In this document: positions 15,973-24,452 of the stretch, piece by piece | Layout: each line of letters starts with the position of its first letter | Numbering within the stretch: position 1 is the stretch's first letter | From: an uncultured Solirubrobacteraceae bacterium | GTDB taxonomy: Bacteria > Actinomycetota > Thermoleophilia > Solirubrobacterales > Solirubrobacteraceae | Assembly: GCA_963771255.1 (NCBI GenBank) | Contig: CAVYSO010000002.1 | Coordinates: 908,823-972,822 of the forward strand | Direction: 5' to 3' | Length of the DNA: 64,000 bases | The notes under the pieces: model-generated | What the model saw: only the letters and a program-made list of their open reading frames with translations | Told to the model about the DNA's origin: nothing | Database searches by the model: none | Made by a program: the position numbers and the translations under genes

Positions 15973-18809
15973 TCAGACCTACGTTCCTGGCCAAGCGCTT
16001 GGCTCGCGAGGACGGCTTTACGATGCTCTTCACCCTGCTAAGCCTGATGGTCGGAACCCTGCTCGTAGCGGCCGCCTTCACGTCGGCCAACGGCGACATC
16101 AAACTTACGCAACGCTCGACGCTCCAGGCGAAGGCCTATTACGCGGCCGTCGCAGGCGTCAACCGTTACCAGTACCAGCTAAGTAGCTCACCGGAATACT
16201 GGAGCAAATGCCCGACGATCGCCAACGGCTCGGGCGGCGCCGTGACAGTGCCCGGAACGACCGACGAGGCCTATACCGTCAAGACGCTGCGGTCCTCGAG
16301 CTGGAAAACCTCAACAACCTGCGAAAGCGGCAAGCAAGCGAGCATCCTCGAGACGAAAGGAACGGCGAACGGGACGTTTCGCGTCCTCTCGACCGGTACC
16401 GCCACCGAAGGTCCCAACACGGTGACGCGGAAGATCGTCGCGACGTTCTCGCACCCCGGCTTCACCAAGTACGTCTACGAGAGCAACTTCGAGGTTGAGG
16501 ATCCGGTCAACTTCGGCAAAGCCGCAAGCGTCTGCGAATACTACTACGAAGAACGAGTTAAAAAAGGGCTCACGACGACCTGTCCGGTGATCCAATTTGC
16601 CCCGACCGATGAAGTCAACGGTCCAATGCACACGAACGACGCCGCCGCAACCTGCACAAAAAGCGGCAGCTCGCCAAAATTCGGGCGCGAAGGGCATAAC
16701 GACGAAATCGCCATGAACGGTGGCCACTATGCGCCGTCGGGGTGCACGAACTCGCCGAACATCGTCGGTACCTACACCGAATCGGCCGGGTCGATACTGC
16801 CACCGCCAACAGATCAGGAAATCCTCGAAGCGGCCGAAACCCACTTCGAAGGGCGTACCGAAATCGAACTGAAACCGGGCGCGCCGAACACGATGAAAGT
16901 CACGAAACCCGGCCAGGCCGCGACAATACAGAACTTCCCCAGCAATGGCGTCCTCTACGTCGAAAACTCGAAATCCGAAGCCTGCGCGATCACGGCCTAC
17001 ACGCCGTTCAACGCCGATACCGAAAACGACACGGGCTGTGGAAACGTCTACGTGCACGGCGAATACACAGAATCGCTGACGATCGCCTCCGCCGACGACG
17101 TGATCGTCAATGGGAACCTAGAAACCACGCACGAAGCGAATGGCGAACCGACCGGTGGAGCGACGCTCGGACTGATCGCCGAAAACTTCGTCCGCCTCTA
17201 CCACCCAGTAAAGAAGGGCTACACGACCCCCCACGTCGAACCCCCGTCGGAACCGGCGATCAAAGGACGCTGCCTGACGACCAAACAAGCCGAAGGGAAA
17301 GTGCTGCGATCGACCGAAGTGACCGGCATCACGACCACCGGGCTCGAAACGGGCGCCGAAGTCGAAGGGACCGTGGTTGGGATGATCGAATCGGGGACGA
17401 CGGTCAGCGAACTCAAAGCGTCCGAAAAAAAGCTCAAGCTGAGCAAAGCGGCGAAACCAGGCGTAGACGCTGAAATCAGCGTGAAGCTTGTGAACGGCTC
17501 CACCGAAGTGGCGAACGTCTCGACGACCGGGCTCGAAGTCGGCCAGGAAGTCGAAGGGGCGGGGATCGAAGCGGGCACGAAGATCTCCGAAATCAAAGCG
17601 TCCGAAAAAAAGCTCAAGCTGAGCAAAGCGGCGAAACCGACCCCGACGGAACTGAGCAACGTAAAACTGCTCAGATCGACCGAAATCACGAACATCGTGA
17701 CGACCGGGCTCGAAGTCGGCGAAGAAGTCGAAGGGACGGGGATCGAAGCCGGCACGACGATCTCCGAAATCAAAGCGTCCGAAAAAAAGATCAAGCTGAG
17801 CAAAGCGGCGAAACCGACCACGACGAGCTTGACCGGGAAAACCTTGAGGTCGATCGAAGTTTCGAACATCACGACGACCGGGCTCGAAGTCGGCGATGAA
17901 GTCGAAGGGACGGGGATCGAAGCCGGCACGACGATCTCCGAAATCAAAGCGTCCGAAAAAAAGATCAAGCTGAGCAAAGCGGCGAAACCGACCGCTACGT
18001 CACTCAGCGCAAAAATCACCAACGGCTCGACCGAAATCACGAACATCACAACGACCGGGCTCGAAGTCGGCGAAGAAGTCGAAGGAAGCGGTACTCAGTT
18101 CGCTGCCGGGACGGTGATCACGGAAATCAAAACCGGAAGCAAAATCAAGGTGAGCAAAGCGGCGAAAAACACCGAAACGACGACGCTTAAATTCTACGGC
18201 GAAAACCCCGCGCTGAAATTCTACGGCTCGAGCGTCACGCTGAAGTTCTGGGGACCGAGCACGCTCAAGTTCTACGGCGAAAACACCATGTTGAAGTTCC
18301 TCGTGGCGAGCAACTACGTCTTGAACTCGTCACTGAACCTCTGCCACAAATCGGAAAGTGGTTGGGACGAATACCGCCCCACGGAAAACGTATACATAAA
18401 GTCGTGCGAAGAAGGCTCGTACAAGGGCAACCTGTTCTGCGAATACGAAAACGACTCCGGCGGCTGCGCCGAAAAAGCGGAAAACCTGAGTGCCGCCGAA
18501 GACTCGACGAACCACTGGGGCGCGCTCAAAGACCCGGTGATCGACGCGGCGATCCTGAGTACGAAGCATTCGTGGATCGTCAACAACTACAAGTGCGGCA
18601 ATCAACTGGGCAAACTAACCGTTTGGGGCTCGATCGCGCAGTTCTGGCGTGGTCCCGTCGGGCAAGCGGGCGGCAGCGGCTACATCAAGAACTACAACTA
18701 CGACGACCGGCTCGCCAACCAGCAGCCGCCGAGCTTCCTCAGCCCGACGAACGCGAGCTCCTGGAAAGTCAGCCGCGAGACCGCGCCGCCGACGAGCTTT
18801 ACCGGCTGA
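15963..18809 (+). CDS. Large PilX/GspK-like minor pilin with internal repeat insertion
   Basis: EDG|FTMLFTLL lacks E5, as is typical of PilX; AYYAA.AG; GPMHTND; C-terminal GSIAQ..RG.VG...GY.KNY.YD.RL...PP. Confidence 0.85.
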   Translation: MRLIRPTFLAKRLAREDGFTMLFTLLSLMVGTLLVAAAFTSANGDIKLTQRSTLQAKAYYAAVAGVNRYQYQLSSSPEYWSKCPTIANGSGGAVTVPGTTDEAYTVKTLRSSSWKTSTTCESGKQASILETKGTANGTFRVLSTGTATEGPNTVTRKIVATFSHPGFTKYVYESNFEVEDPVNFGKAASVCEYYYEERVKKGLTTTCPVIQFAPTDEVNGPMHTNDAAATCTKSGSSPKFGREGHNDEIAMNGGHYAPSGCTNSPNIVGTYTESAGSILPPPTDQEILEAAETHFEGRTEIELKPGAPNTMKVTKPGQAATIQNFPSNGVLYVENSKSEACAITAYTPFNADTENDTGCGNVYVHGEYTESLTIASADDVIVNGNLETTHEANGEPTGGATLGLIAENFVRLYHPVKKGYTTPHVEPPSEPAIKGRCLTTKQAEGKVLRSTEVTGITTTGLETGAEVEGTVVGMIESGTTVSELKASEKKLKLSKAAKPGVDAEISVKLVNGSTEVANVSTTGLEVGQEVEGAGIEAGTKISEIKASEKKLKLSKAAKPTPTELSNVKLLRSTEITNIVTTGLEVGEEVEGTGIEAGTTISEIKASEKKIKLSKAAKPTTTSLTGKTLRSIEVSNITTTGLEVGDEVEGTGIEAGTTISEIKASEKKIKLSKAAKPTATSLSAKITNGSTEITNITTTGLEVGEEVEGSGTQFAAGTVITEIKTGSKIKVSKAAKNTETTTLKFYGENPALKFYGSSVTLKFWGPSTLKFYGENTMLKFLVASNYVLNSSLNLCHKSESGWDEYRPTENVYIKSCEEGSYKGNLFCEYENDSGGCAEKAENLSAAEDSTNHWGALKDPVIDAAILSTKHSWIVNNYKCGNQLGKLTVWGSIAQFWRGPVGQAGGSGYIKNYNYDDRLANQQPPSFLSPTNASSWKVSRETAPPTSFTG
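17283..18170 (+). repeat. Five intragenic ~174-180 bp repeats
   Basis: Unit STE(V/I)...TTGLE(V/T)G.EVEG.....GT.(I/V)SE(I/L)KASEKK(L/I)KLSKAAKP; near-identical DNA blocks aaagcgtccgaaaaaaag.tcaagctgagcaaagcggcgaaacc. Confidence 0.95.
18171..18305 (+). repeat. Five short 8-10 aa 'LKF(Y/W)G' repeats
   Basis: TETTTLKFYG / ENPALKFYG / SSVTLKFWG / PSTLKFYG / ENTMLKFLV. Confidence 0.92.
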
Positions 18810-18884
18810 ACGAGGCCGCTATCTCGTGCATGTAGCGCGGCGGCGGCGGTGCTCTTTTGCCGCGGCACAAGCCCGGGACGAGGA

Positions 18885-18968
18885 TGCGGGCGAAGGGACT
18901 CGAACCCCCAAGGGCTTTCGCCCACCGGCTCCTAAGGCCGGCGTGTCTACCAATTCCACCACGCCCGC
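18885..18968 (-). tRNA. tRNA-Leu(UAG)
   Basis: Reverse complement GCGGGCGTGGTGGAATTGGTAGACACG-CCGGC-CTTAGGA-GCCGG with long variable arm. Confidence 0.95.
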
Positions 18969-19004
18969 GCGTGGCGCGGTGAGAGATTGTATGGTGATGC
19001 GGCG

Positions 19005-19538
19005 ATGTCCTCCACCGCAGGCACGCAGTCGCCGGGTGACTCCGAATCGGCCGGAGTGATCGTCACCCACCCCAATCGCGACAAGCCAGTCGTGCAGGCT
19101 ACGCGCGCCACCGTCGTGCTGCTGCTGCTGGCAAGCGCAGCGCTCGTCCTGATCGTGACGATCGGCGGCTGGAGCGTGCTGCAGGGTGCCGTGCCGGTGC
19201 AGATCGCTTACGTGATCGTGTATCTGACGCTCGCCTTCTACGCGATGCGCTGGAACCGCGGTGTGCTGCCGGTCTCGGCCGTGCTCGCCGTACTGCTGTT
19301 GATCTTCGCGCTCGTCGCCGGCCCCGGCTGGTTCGACCGCGATAAAGCGGGCTTCTCGCAGCCGTCGATCGACGCTGGCCTGCTGGGCGTGCTCACGCTG
19401 CTGATCGCCCCGCTGCAGATCCTGCTCGTCGCCTTCGCGATGCGCGGCTTCCAGCAGGGCTGGAACGTCGAGCTCGAGCGTCGCGACCCCTCGCTCGCTC
19501 CAGGCACGTTTGCCGGCGCCCCGCCGCAGACCGCCTGA
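19005..19538 (+). CDS. Hypothetical four-TM membrane protein
   Basis: Four hydrophobic segments; lies between the two tRNA-Leu genes. Confidence 0.8.
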   Translation: MSSTAGTQSPGDSESAGVIVTHPNRDKPVVQATRATVVLLLLASAALVLIVTIGGWSVLQGAVPVQIAYVIVYLTLAFYAMRWNRGVLPVSAVLAVLLLIFALVAGPGWFDRDKAGFSQPSIDAGLLGVLTLLIAPLQILLVAFAMRGFQQGWNVELERRDPSLAPGTFAGAPPQTA

Positions 19539-19563
19539 GCTCACTTACACTGAGACCCGGCGT

Positions 19564-19646
19564 GCGGCGGTGGCGGAACGGTAGACGCGAGGCCCTCAAA
19601 AGGCCTTGTCCGCAAGGGCGTGTGGGTTCGACTCCCACCCGCCGCA
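19564..19646 (+). tRNA. tRNA-Leu(CAA)
   Basis: GCGGCGGTGGCGGAACGGTAGACGCG-AGGCC-CTCAAAA-GGCCT, long variable arm, GGTTCGACTCC. Confidence 0.95.
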
Positions 19647-19673
19647 CTCGCTGGGCGGCGCTCGGGGCTGGAG

Positions 19674-20489
19674 CTAGGCGAACGCCGCCTGCGCGGCCTT
19701 CGCGCCGACTTTGGCGCGCTCCCAGAAGCCGTAGGTGCCGGACTCCTGCAGCTCCTCGGCGGCCTGCACGAGCGCACCGAGCGCGGCGAAGGCGAAGGCG
19801 CCGCCCACGGACACGCGCGCCACGCCCACCGATGCCAGCTCGCCGACCGAAGGGGCGCCGGGTCGCGCGAGCACGTTGACCGGCACGCCGACCGATTCGA
19901 CCACCCTGGCGATCTCCGCGAGATCCATCAGCCCCGGGGCGTAGAGCACGTCGGCGCCGGCCTGCTCGTAGGCCTGCAGCCGCTCGATCGTGTCCTCTAG
20001 GTCCTTGCGACCGTGCAGGTAGTTCTCGGCGCGAGCGGTGAGAACAAACGGGACGTCGCCTCCGTGCGCCGCCTCGGCCGCCGCCGCGACGCGCTCGCTC
20101 GCCTCGGCCAGCTCGTAGATCGGAGACGTGTCGTCAGCTGAGTAGTCCTCGATCGAGCAACCGGCGAGTCCGGCCGCGATCGCCGCGTGCACGGTCTCGG
20201 CGACGCCCTGCGCATCCTCGGCGAACCCGTTCTCGAGATCGGCCGAGACCGGCAACTCACTCGCCGCGACGATCTCCGCGCTGTGCGCGAGCGCCCGCTC
20301 GCGGCCGATCGCCCCGTCGAGCTCGCCAAGTGTGGCCGCCGAGCCGCTGCTCGTCGTCGCCAGCGCCTGAAAACCCAGCGAGGCAAGCAGCTTCGCCGAG
20401 CCGCGATCCCATGGGTTGGGTAGCAACAGCGGTCGCTGCTCGTGGTGAAGCTCCAGGAACCGGCGCGCCTTCTCGGCCTGCTCGGTCAT
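19674..20489 (-). CDS. Isocitrate lyase/PEP mutase family protein
   Basis: LLLPNPWD.GSA, ALATTS, PVSADLENGF, GCSIED and LTARAE motifs. Confidence 0.9.
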   Translation of the reverse strand: MTEQAEKARRFLELHHEQRPLLLPNPWDRGSAKLLASLGFQALATTSSGSAATLGELDGAIGRERALAHSAEIVAASELPVSADLENGFAEDAQGVAETVHAAIAAGLAGCSIEDYSADDTSPIYELAEASERVAAAAEAAHGGDVPFVLTARAENYLHGRKDLEDTIERLQAYEQAGADVLYAPGLMDLAEIARVVESVGVPVNVLARPGAPSVGELASVGVARVSVGGAFAFAALGALVQAAEELQESGTYGFWERAKVGAKAAQAAFA

Positions 20490-20584
20490 CCGTCCTCCTC
20501 TGATCGCTCGCGGGATGAAAAGATCGCACACGCGCCGCGACCGAACTGCGACGCCCACGACAGCCGACCGGACAGGAGCAGCGA

Positions 20585-21295
20585 GTGAGCCAAGACGAGC
20601 AGGTGCAGACGCTTCCCAGCCTGACGCGCGAGGACGAGGTCTTCGTGCTCGACCTCGGCGACGGCGAGAACCGCTTCAACGCCGACTCGCTCGGCGCGAT
20701 CGAGCGATGCCTCGACGAGGTCCAGGCGGCAGCAGCGCCGCGCGCGCTCGTGACGACCGCGAGCGGCAAGATCTGGTCGAATGGGCTCGACCTCGAGTGG
20801 ATGGCCGCCAACCAGGAGCTGATCGGCGAGTTCGTGCCGCGCCTGCACGAGCTGCTGGCGCGCGTGCTCGAGCTCGACGTGCCGTGCGTCGCGGCGCTTC
20901 AGGGACATACGTTTGCGGCCGGCGCAATGCTCGCGCTCGCCCACGACCAGCGCGTGATGCGGGCCGACCGCGGCTTCTTCTGCCTGCCCGAGGTCGACAT
21001 CCGCATCCCCTTCACGCACGGCATGAACGCTCTGATCGCAGCGCGCCTGAGCAAGCACACCGCGCACGAGGCGATGACGACCGGCCGCCGCTACGGCGGT
21101 CTCGACGCCCAGGCAGCCGGGATCGTCGATCAGGCAGTCGAAGAGGAGCGCGTGCTGGCACAGGCGATCGAGCTGGCCGCGGCGCTCGCCTCGAAGGATC
21201 CGGCCACGCTGGGCGCGATCAAGCGCCGGCTGTACGAGGCGCCGCTGGCGGCGCTGCGTAACCGCGAGGCCAACGCGCTCGTCGGCGCCGACTAA
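20585..21295 (+). CDS. Enoyl-CoA hydratase/isomerase (delta-isomerase-like)
   Basis: WSNGLDL, GHTFAAGAMLALAHD and FCLPEVD motifs. Confidence 0.9.
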   Translation: MSQDEQVQTLPSLTREDEVFVLDLGDGENRFNADSLGAIERCLDEVQAAAAPRALVTTASGKIWSNGLDLEWMAANQELIGEFVPRLHELLARVLELDVPCVAALQGHTFAAGAMLALAHDQRVMRADRGFFCLPEVDIRIPFTHGMNALIAARLSKHTAHEAMTTGRRYGGLDAQAAGIVDQAVEEERVLAQAIELAAALASKDPATLGAIKRRLYEAPLAALRNREANALVGAD

Positions 21296-21348
21296 GACGG
21301 ACGGCGAGGTCGGCGCCCGCTGGACGGGCGAGGAGGCGAGCGACTCGG

Positions 21349-22230
21349 CTAGGAGACGATCTCGAGCAGAGGCTCGGCGAGCGAGGCCGGCGCGGCGAGG
21401 ATCCCCCACGGCAGCCCCTCGCGCACTGGCAGCTCGCGTATCTGCAGCCCCGCGCGTTCGCAGACGAGCGCCCCGGCGGCGATGTCCCACTGCTTGACCG
21501 TGCGCTCGTAGTAGGCGTCGTAGCGCCCGGCCGCCGTCCAGGCCAAGTCGAGCGCGGCGCTACCGAGGCGACGGATGTCGCGCACGCGCGGCAGCAGGCG
21601 CTCGAGCACCTTCGCCTGCGCATCGCGCACGCCCGCGTCGTAGGAGAAACCGGTCGCGACCATCGCGCTGGCCAGATCCTCCGCGCCCGGACCGGCATCC
21701 TCCCCCGTGTGGCGCTCGTGCGCTGCATCACGAGCGGCGCCCTGGCTGAGCTCGCTCACGCCATGCGGGCTGTGGAGCACGGCTGGGCCGCCGCGCGTCG
21801 CGCTGAACAGCTCGCCGCGGTTGGGATCGAACACGGCACCGACCAGCGTCCCGCAGTGGTCGACGACGGCCACGCTGACGCTCCATTGCGGGATGCCGAA
21901 GAGGAAGTTGACCGTGCCATCGAGCGGGTCGACGATCCACTGCAGCCCGCTCGTGCCCTGCTCAGAATCGCCCTCCTCCTCGCCGAGGAAGCCGTCGTCG
22001 GGACGCCGCTCGCGCAACAGCGCGCGAATCGCGCGCTGTGAGCTCACGTCGGCCTCGCTGACGAGATCGGTCGGTGTGCTCTTGCTCGCGACCTCGCGCT
22101 CGGCCCCGTGGCGCGTGCGCGCCAGCAGCATGCCACCGGCCATGCGCGCCGCCTGCACCGCGAGCTCGAGCAGCGCTCGCTCATCGCTCGTCGCGCCGTC
22201 GCCCCTCGCCGGCCCGGCGGACTCGCTCAC
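21349..22230 (-). CDS. Inositol monophosphatase family (SuhB-like)
   Basis: WIVDPLDGTVNF, RRLGSAALDL and WDIAAG motifs. Confidence 0.92.
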   Translation of the reverse strand: MSESAGPARGDGATSDERALLELAVQAARMAGGMLLARTRHGAEREVASKSTPTDLVSEADVSSQRAIRALLRERRPDDGFLGEEEGDSEQGTSGLQWIVDPLDGTVNFLFGIPQWSVSVAVVDHCGTLVGAVFDPNRGELFSATRGGPAVLHSPHGVSELSQGAARDAAHERHTGEDAGPGAEDLASAMVATGFSYDAGVRDAQAKVLERLLPRVRDIRRLGSAALDLAWTAAGRYDAYYERTVKQWDIAAGALVCERAGLQIRELPVREGLPWGILAAPASLAEPLLEIVS

Positions 22231-23654
22231 GCGACTTCGGGCGGGCGCGCGTCGGCCCACGGGCGCTCGGCCTCGAGCTGCGCGGCCAGCGAGAGCAGCG
22301 TCGTCTCGTCGTTCGGCCGCCCGACGATCTGCACGCCGCGCGGCAGCCCGTCAGCGCCCAAGCCGGCCGGCACCGAGGCGGCGGGCTGGCCGGTCACGTT
22401 CCACACGCCGTTGTACGGGACCCAGCCGGCGACGGCGTTCAGCGTCCACAGCGCGCCGCGTCCCTGCAGCTGGCCGATGCGCGGCGGGCCGGTCGCCGTG
22501 GCTGGCGTGAGCAGCACATCGTGGTCGGAGAAGATCGTGTTCAGGCGCCGCGCGAACTCGGCCTCGCCGGCGAGCGCCTTCTCAAACAGCGGCCCGGCGA
22601 GCGCGCCGAGACGTGCCATCCCCTTTGTGCGGCGCTCCAGGCGCTCCGGGTGGGCCATCGCGCGGGCATCTTCGTAGACGCCGCGCACGTAGCGGGGGAT
22701 CAGCGCCGTGGCAGTGCCCATCCCGTAGTCGGGGTCACGCTCGGTCAGCTCATGCCCAAGCGAGCGCAGCAACTCGACCGTCTCGCTCAGTACCCGCGCA
22801 CCATCGTCGTCGAGCTTCGCCAGCACGCCCGGTGGGATGCGCGTGGAGTAGGCGATCCGCAGGCGCCCGGGCGACGTCGTGGCAGCCTGCGCAAAGGACA
22901 TCTGCGGCGGGGGCGGTTTGTCCTGGTCGACCTCGATCGCCCCCGAAGCGACGTCGTGGAACAGCGCCGTGTCCGCCACGCGGCGCGTCAGCACGCCGTT
23001 GACCGACAGCCCGTTCCACGCACGCGGGCGCGGCGCCAGCGAGACGCGGCCGCGCTGGGGCTTGAGACCGAACAGGCCGCACCATGCCGAGGGGATGCGG
23101 ATCGAGCCGGCGCCGTCGGAGCCGAGCGCCGCGCCCACGAGCCCGGCTGCCACAGCAGCCGCACTGCCACCGCTGGAGCCACCGGGGGCACGCTGCAGGT
23201 CCCACGGGTTGCGTGTCGCGCCGAACGTCGCCGTCTCGGTGAACGGCCACACGCACAGCTCGGGCACGTTGGTCTTGCCGATGATCACCGCGCCGGCAGC
23301 GCGCAGGCGGCGCACAACCTCGGCGTCGGCCGCGGCCGGCTCGCCGTAGGCGTTGCTGCCGAATGCCGTCACCTCGCCGGACACGTCGATGTCGTCCTTG
23401 ACCGCGATCGGCACGCCCAGCAGCGGGCGCTGGGCGGTCTGTGACCGATCGCCGGCACCTCTACGAGCGTCGGCCTGCTCGGCCTCGAGCAGCGCGCGCT
23501 CGGCGAACACGACGCGAAACGCGTTCAGCACCGGCTGCGTGCGCTCGATCCGGCGCAGGCACAGCTCCACCAGCTCGCGTGAGGAGAGCTCGCCGGCGGC
23601 GATCAGATCGGCCTGGCGGGCGATCCCTGCGAAGGCGATCTCAGAAGCGTCCAT
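22227..23654 (-). CDS. Amidase signature family enzyme
   Basis: GVPIAVKD, GGSSGGSA and GSDGAGSIRIPS motifs. Confidence 0.93.
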   Translation of the reverse strand: MDASEIAFAGIARQADLIAAGELSSRELVELCLRRIERTQPVLNAFRVVFAERALLEAEQADARRGAGDRSQTAQRPLLGVPIAVKDDIDVSGEVTAFGSNAYGEPAAADAEVVRRLRAAGAVIIGKTNVPELCVWPFTETATFGATRNPWDLQRAPGGSSGGSAAAVAAGLVGAALGSDGAGSIRIPSAWCGLFGLKPQRGRVSLAPRPRAWNGLSVNGVLTRRVADTALFHDVASGAIEVDQDKPPPPQMSFAQAATTSPGRLRIAYSTRIPPGVLAKLDDDGARVLSETVELLRSLGHELTERDPDYGMGTATALIPRYVRGVYEDARAMAHPERLERRTKGMARLGALAGPLFEKALAGEAEFARRLNTIFSDHDVLLTPATATGPPRIGQLQGRGALWTLNAVAGWVPYNGVWNVTGQPAASVPAGLGADGLPRGVQIVGRPNDETTLLSLAAQLEAERPWADARPPEVA

Positions 23655-23810
23655 CGTTGCCTTGAATCTATTGAAAATCGACTACCACCCGCCGATGCCC
23701 CCCATAGGATGTCAACCGAGCGTCATGCGAGCTCGCGGGGTGTGGCGCATGGCCAACGAACGGCACGCATGGCGCGGGGCGTCCCATACGGATAACCGAA
23801 AAGGGAGTGT

Positions 23811-24443
23811 GTGCACGTGTCCTATCCAGTGACCTTCGAGGTCGACTACGTCGAGCGGCGCAACCGGCTGACGACGTTCTTTCGCCTGCTGCTGGTGATC
23901 CCCGTGGCGATCGTGCTTTACGTGTTCGGGATCGTCGCCAGCATTGCGATCGTGATCGCATGGTTCGCGATCGTGATCACCGGTCGCTATCCAAAGGGCC
24001 TGTATGACTTCGTCGCCGACTTCACTCGCTTTCTCGCGCGAGTCACGGCATATGCCGTGCTGCTGAGCGACCCTTATCCGCCCTTCAGCGGCGCCGACGA
24101 CCCGGCCTATCCGGTGCGCATGAGCTTCGCCGGGCCGCTCGAGCAGTACAGCCGGCTGAAGACCTTCTTCCGCATCATCCTGGCGATCCCAATCATGGTG
24201 CTGCGCTACGTCCTCAACCTGCTGCTCGAGGTCGGCGCGTTCGCTGCGTGGTTCGTGATCCTGTTCACCGGCAAGATGCCGCGTGGGCTGTTCGACCTGA
24301 TGGTGCTGGCCAACTCCTACACGGCGCGCAGCGACGCTTACGTGTTCCTGCTGAGCGAGACCTACCCGCCCTTCCAGGACGAGACGACGCGCAGCGCCGG
24401 CACGCCCGGGCCGACGATCCCCGAGGCGCCGTCCCCGAGCTAG
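23811..24443 (+). CDS. DUF4389 domain protein (two repeats)
   Basis: RNRLTTFFR...LSDPYPPF and YSRLKTFFR...LSETYPPF. Confidence 0.85.
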   Translation: MHVSYPVTFEVDYVERRNRLTTFFRLLLVIPVAIVLYVFGIVASIAIVIAWFAIVITGRYPKGLYDFVADFTRFLARVTAYAVLLSDPYPPFSGADDPAYPVRMSFAGPLEQYSRLKTFFRIILAIPIMVLRYVLNLLLEVGAFAAWFVILFTGKMPRGLFDLMVLANSYTARSDAYVFLLSETYPPFQDETTRSAGTPGPTIPEAPSPS

Positions 24444-24452
24444 CGAGCCGAA

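Noticed and set aside
17283-18305. CRISPR array or non-coding repeat
   Set aside because: The repeats are in-frame coding units with synonymous variation, have no unique spacers, and no cas genes are present.
13632-18884. Integrative element or prophage between tRNA-Trp and tRNA-Leu
   Set aside because: No integrase, no duplicated tRNA 3' end (att site) and no phage genes were seen.
19674-20489. True isocitrate lyase (glyoxylate shunt)
   Set aside because: The protein is short and lacks the KKCGH motif, so it is only a superfamily member.
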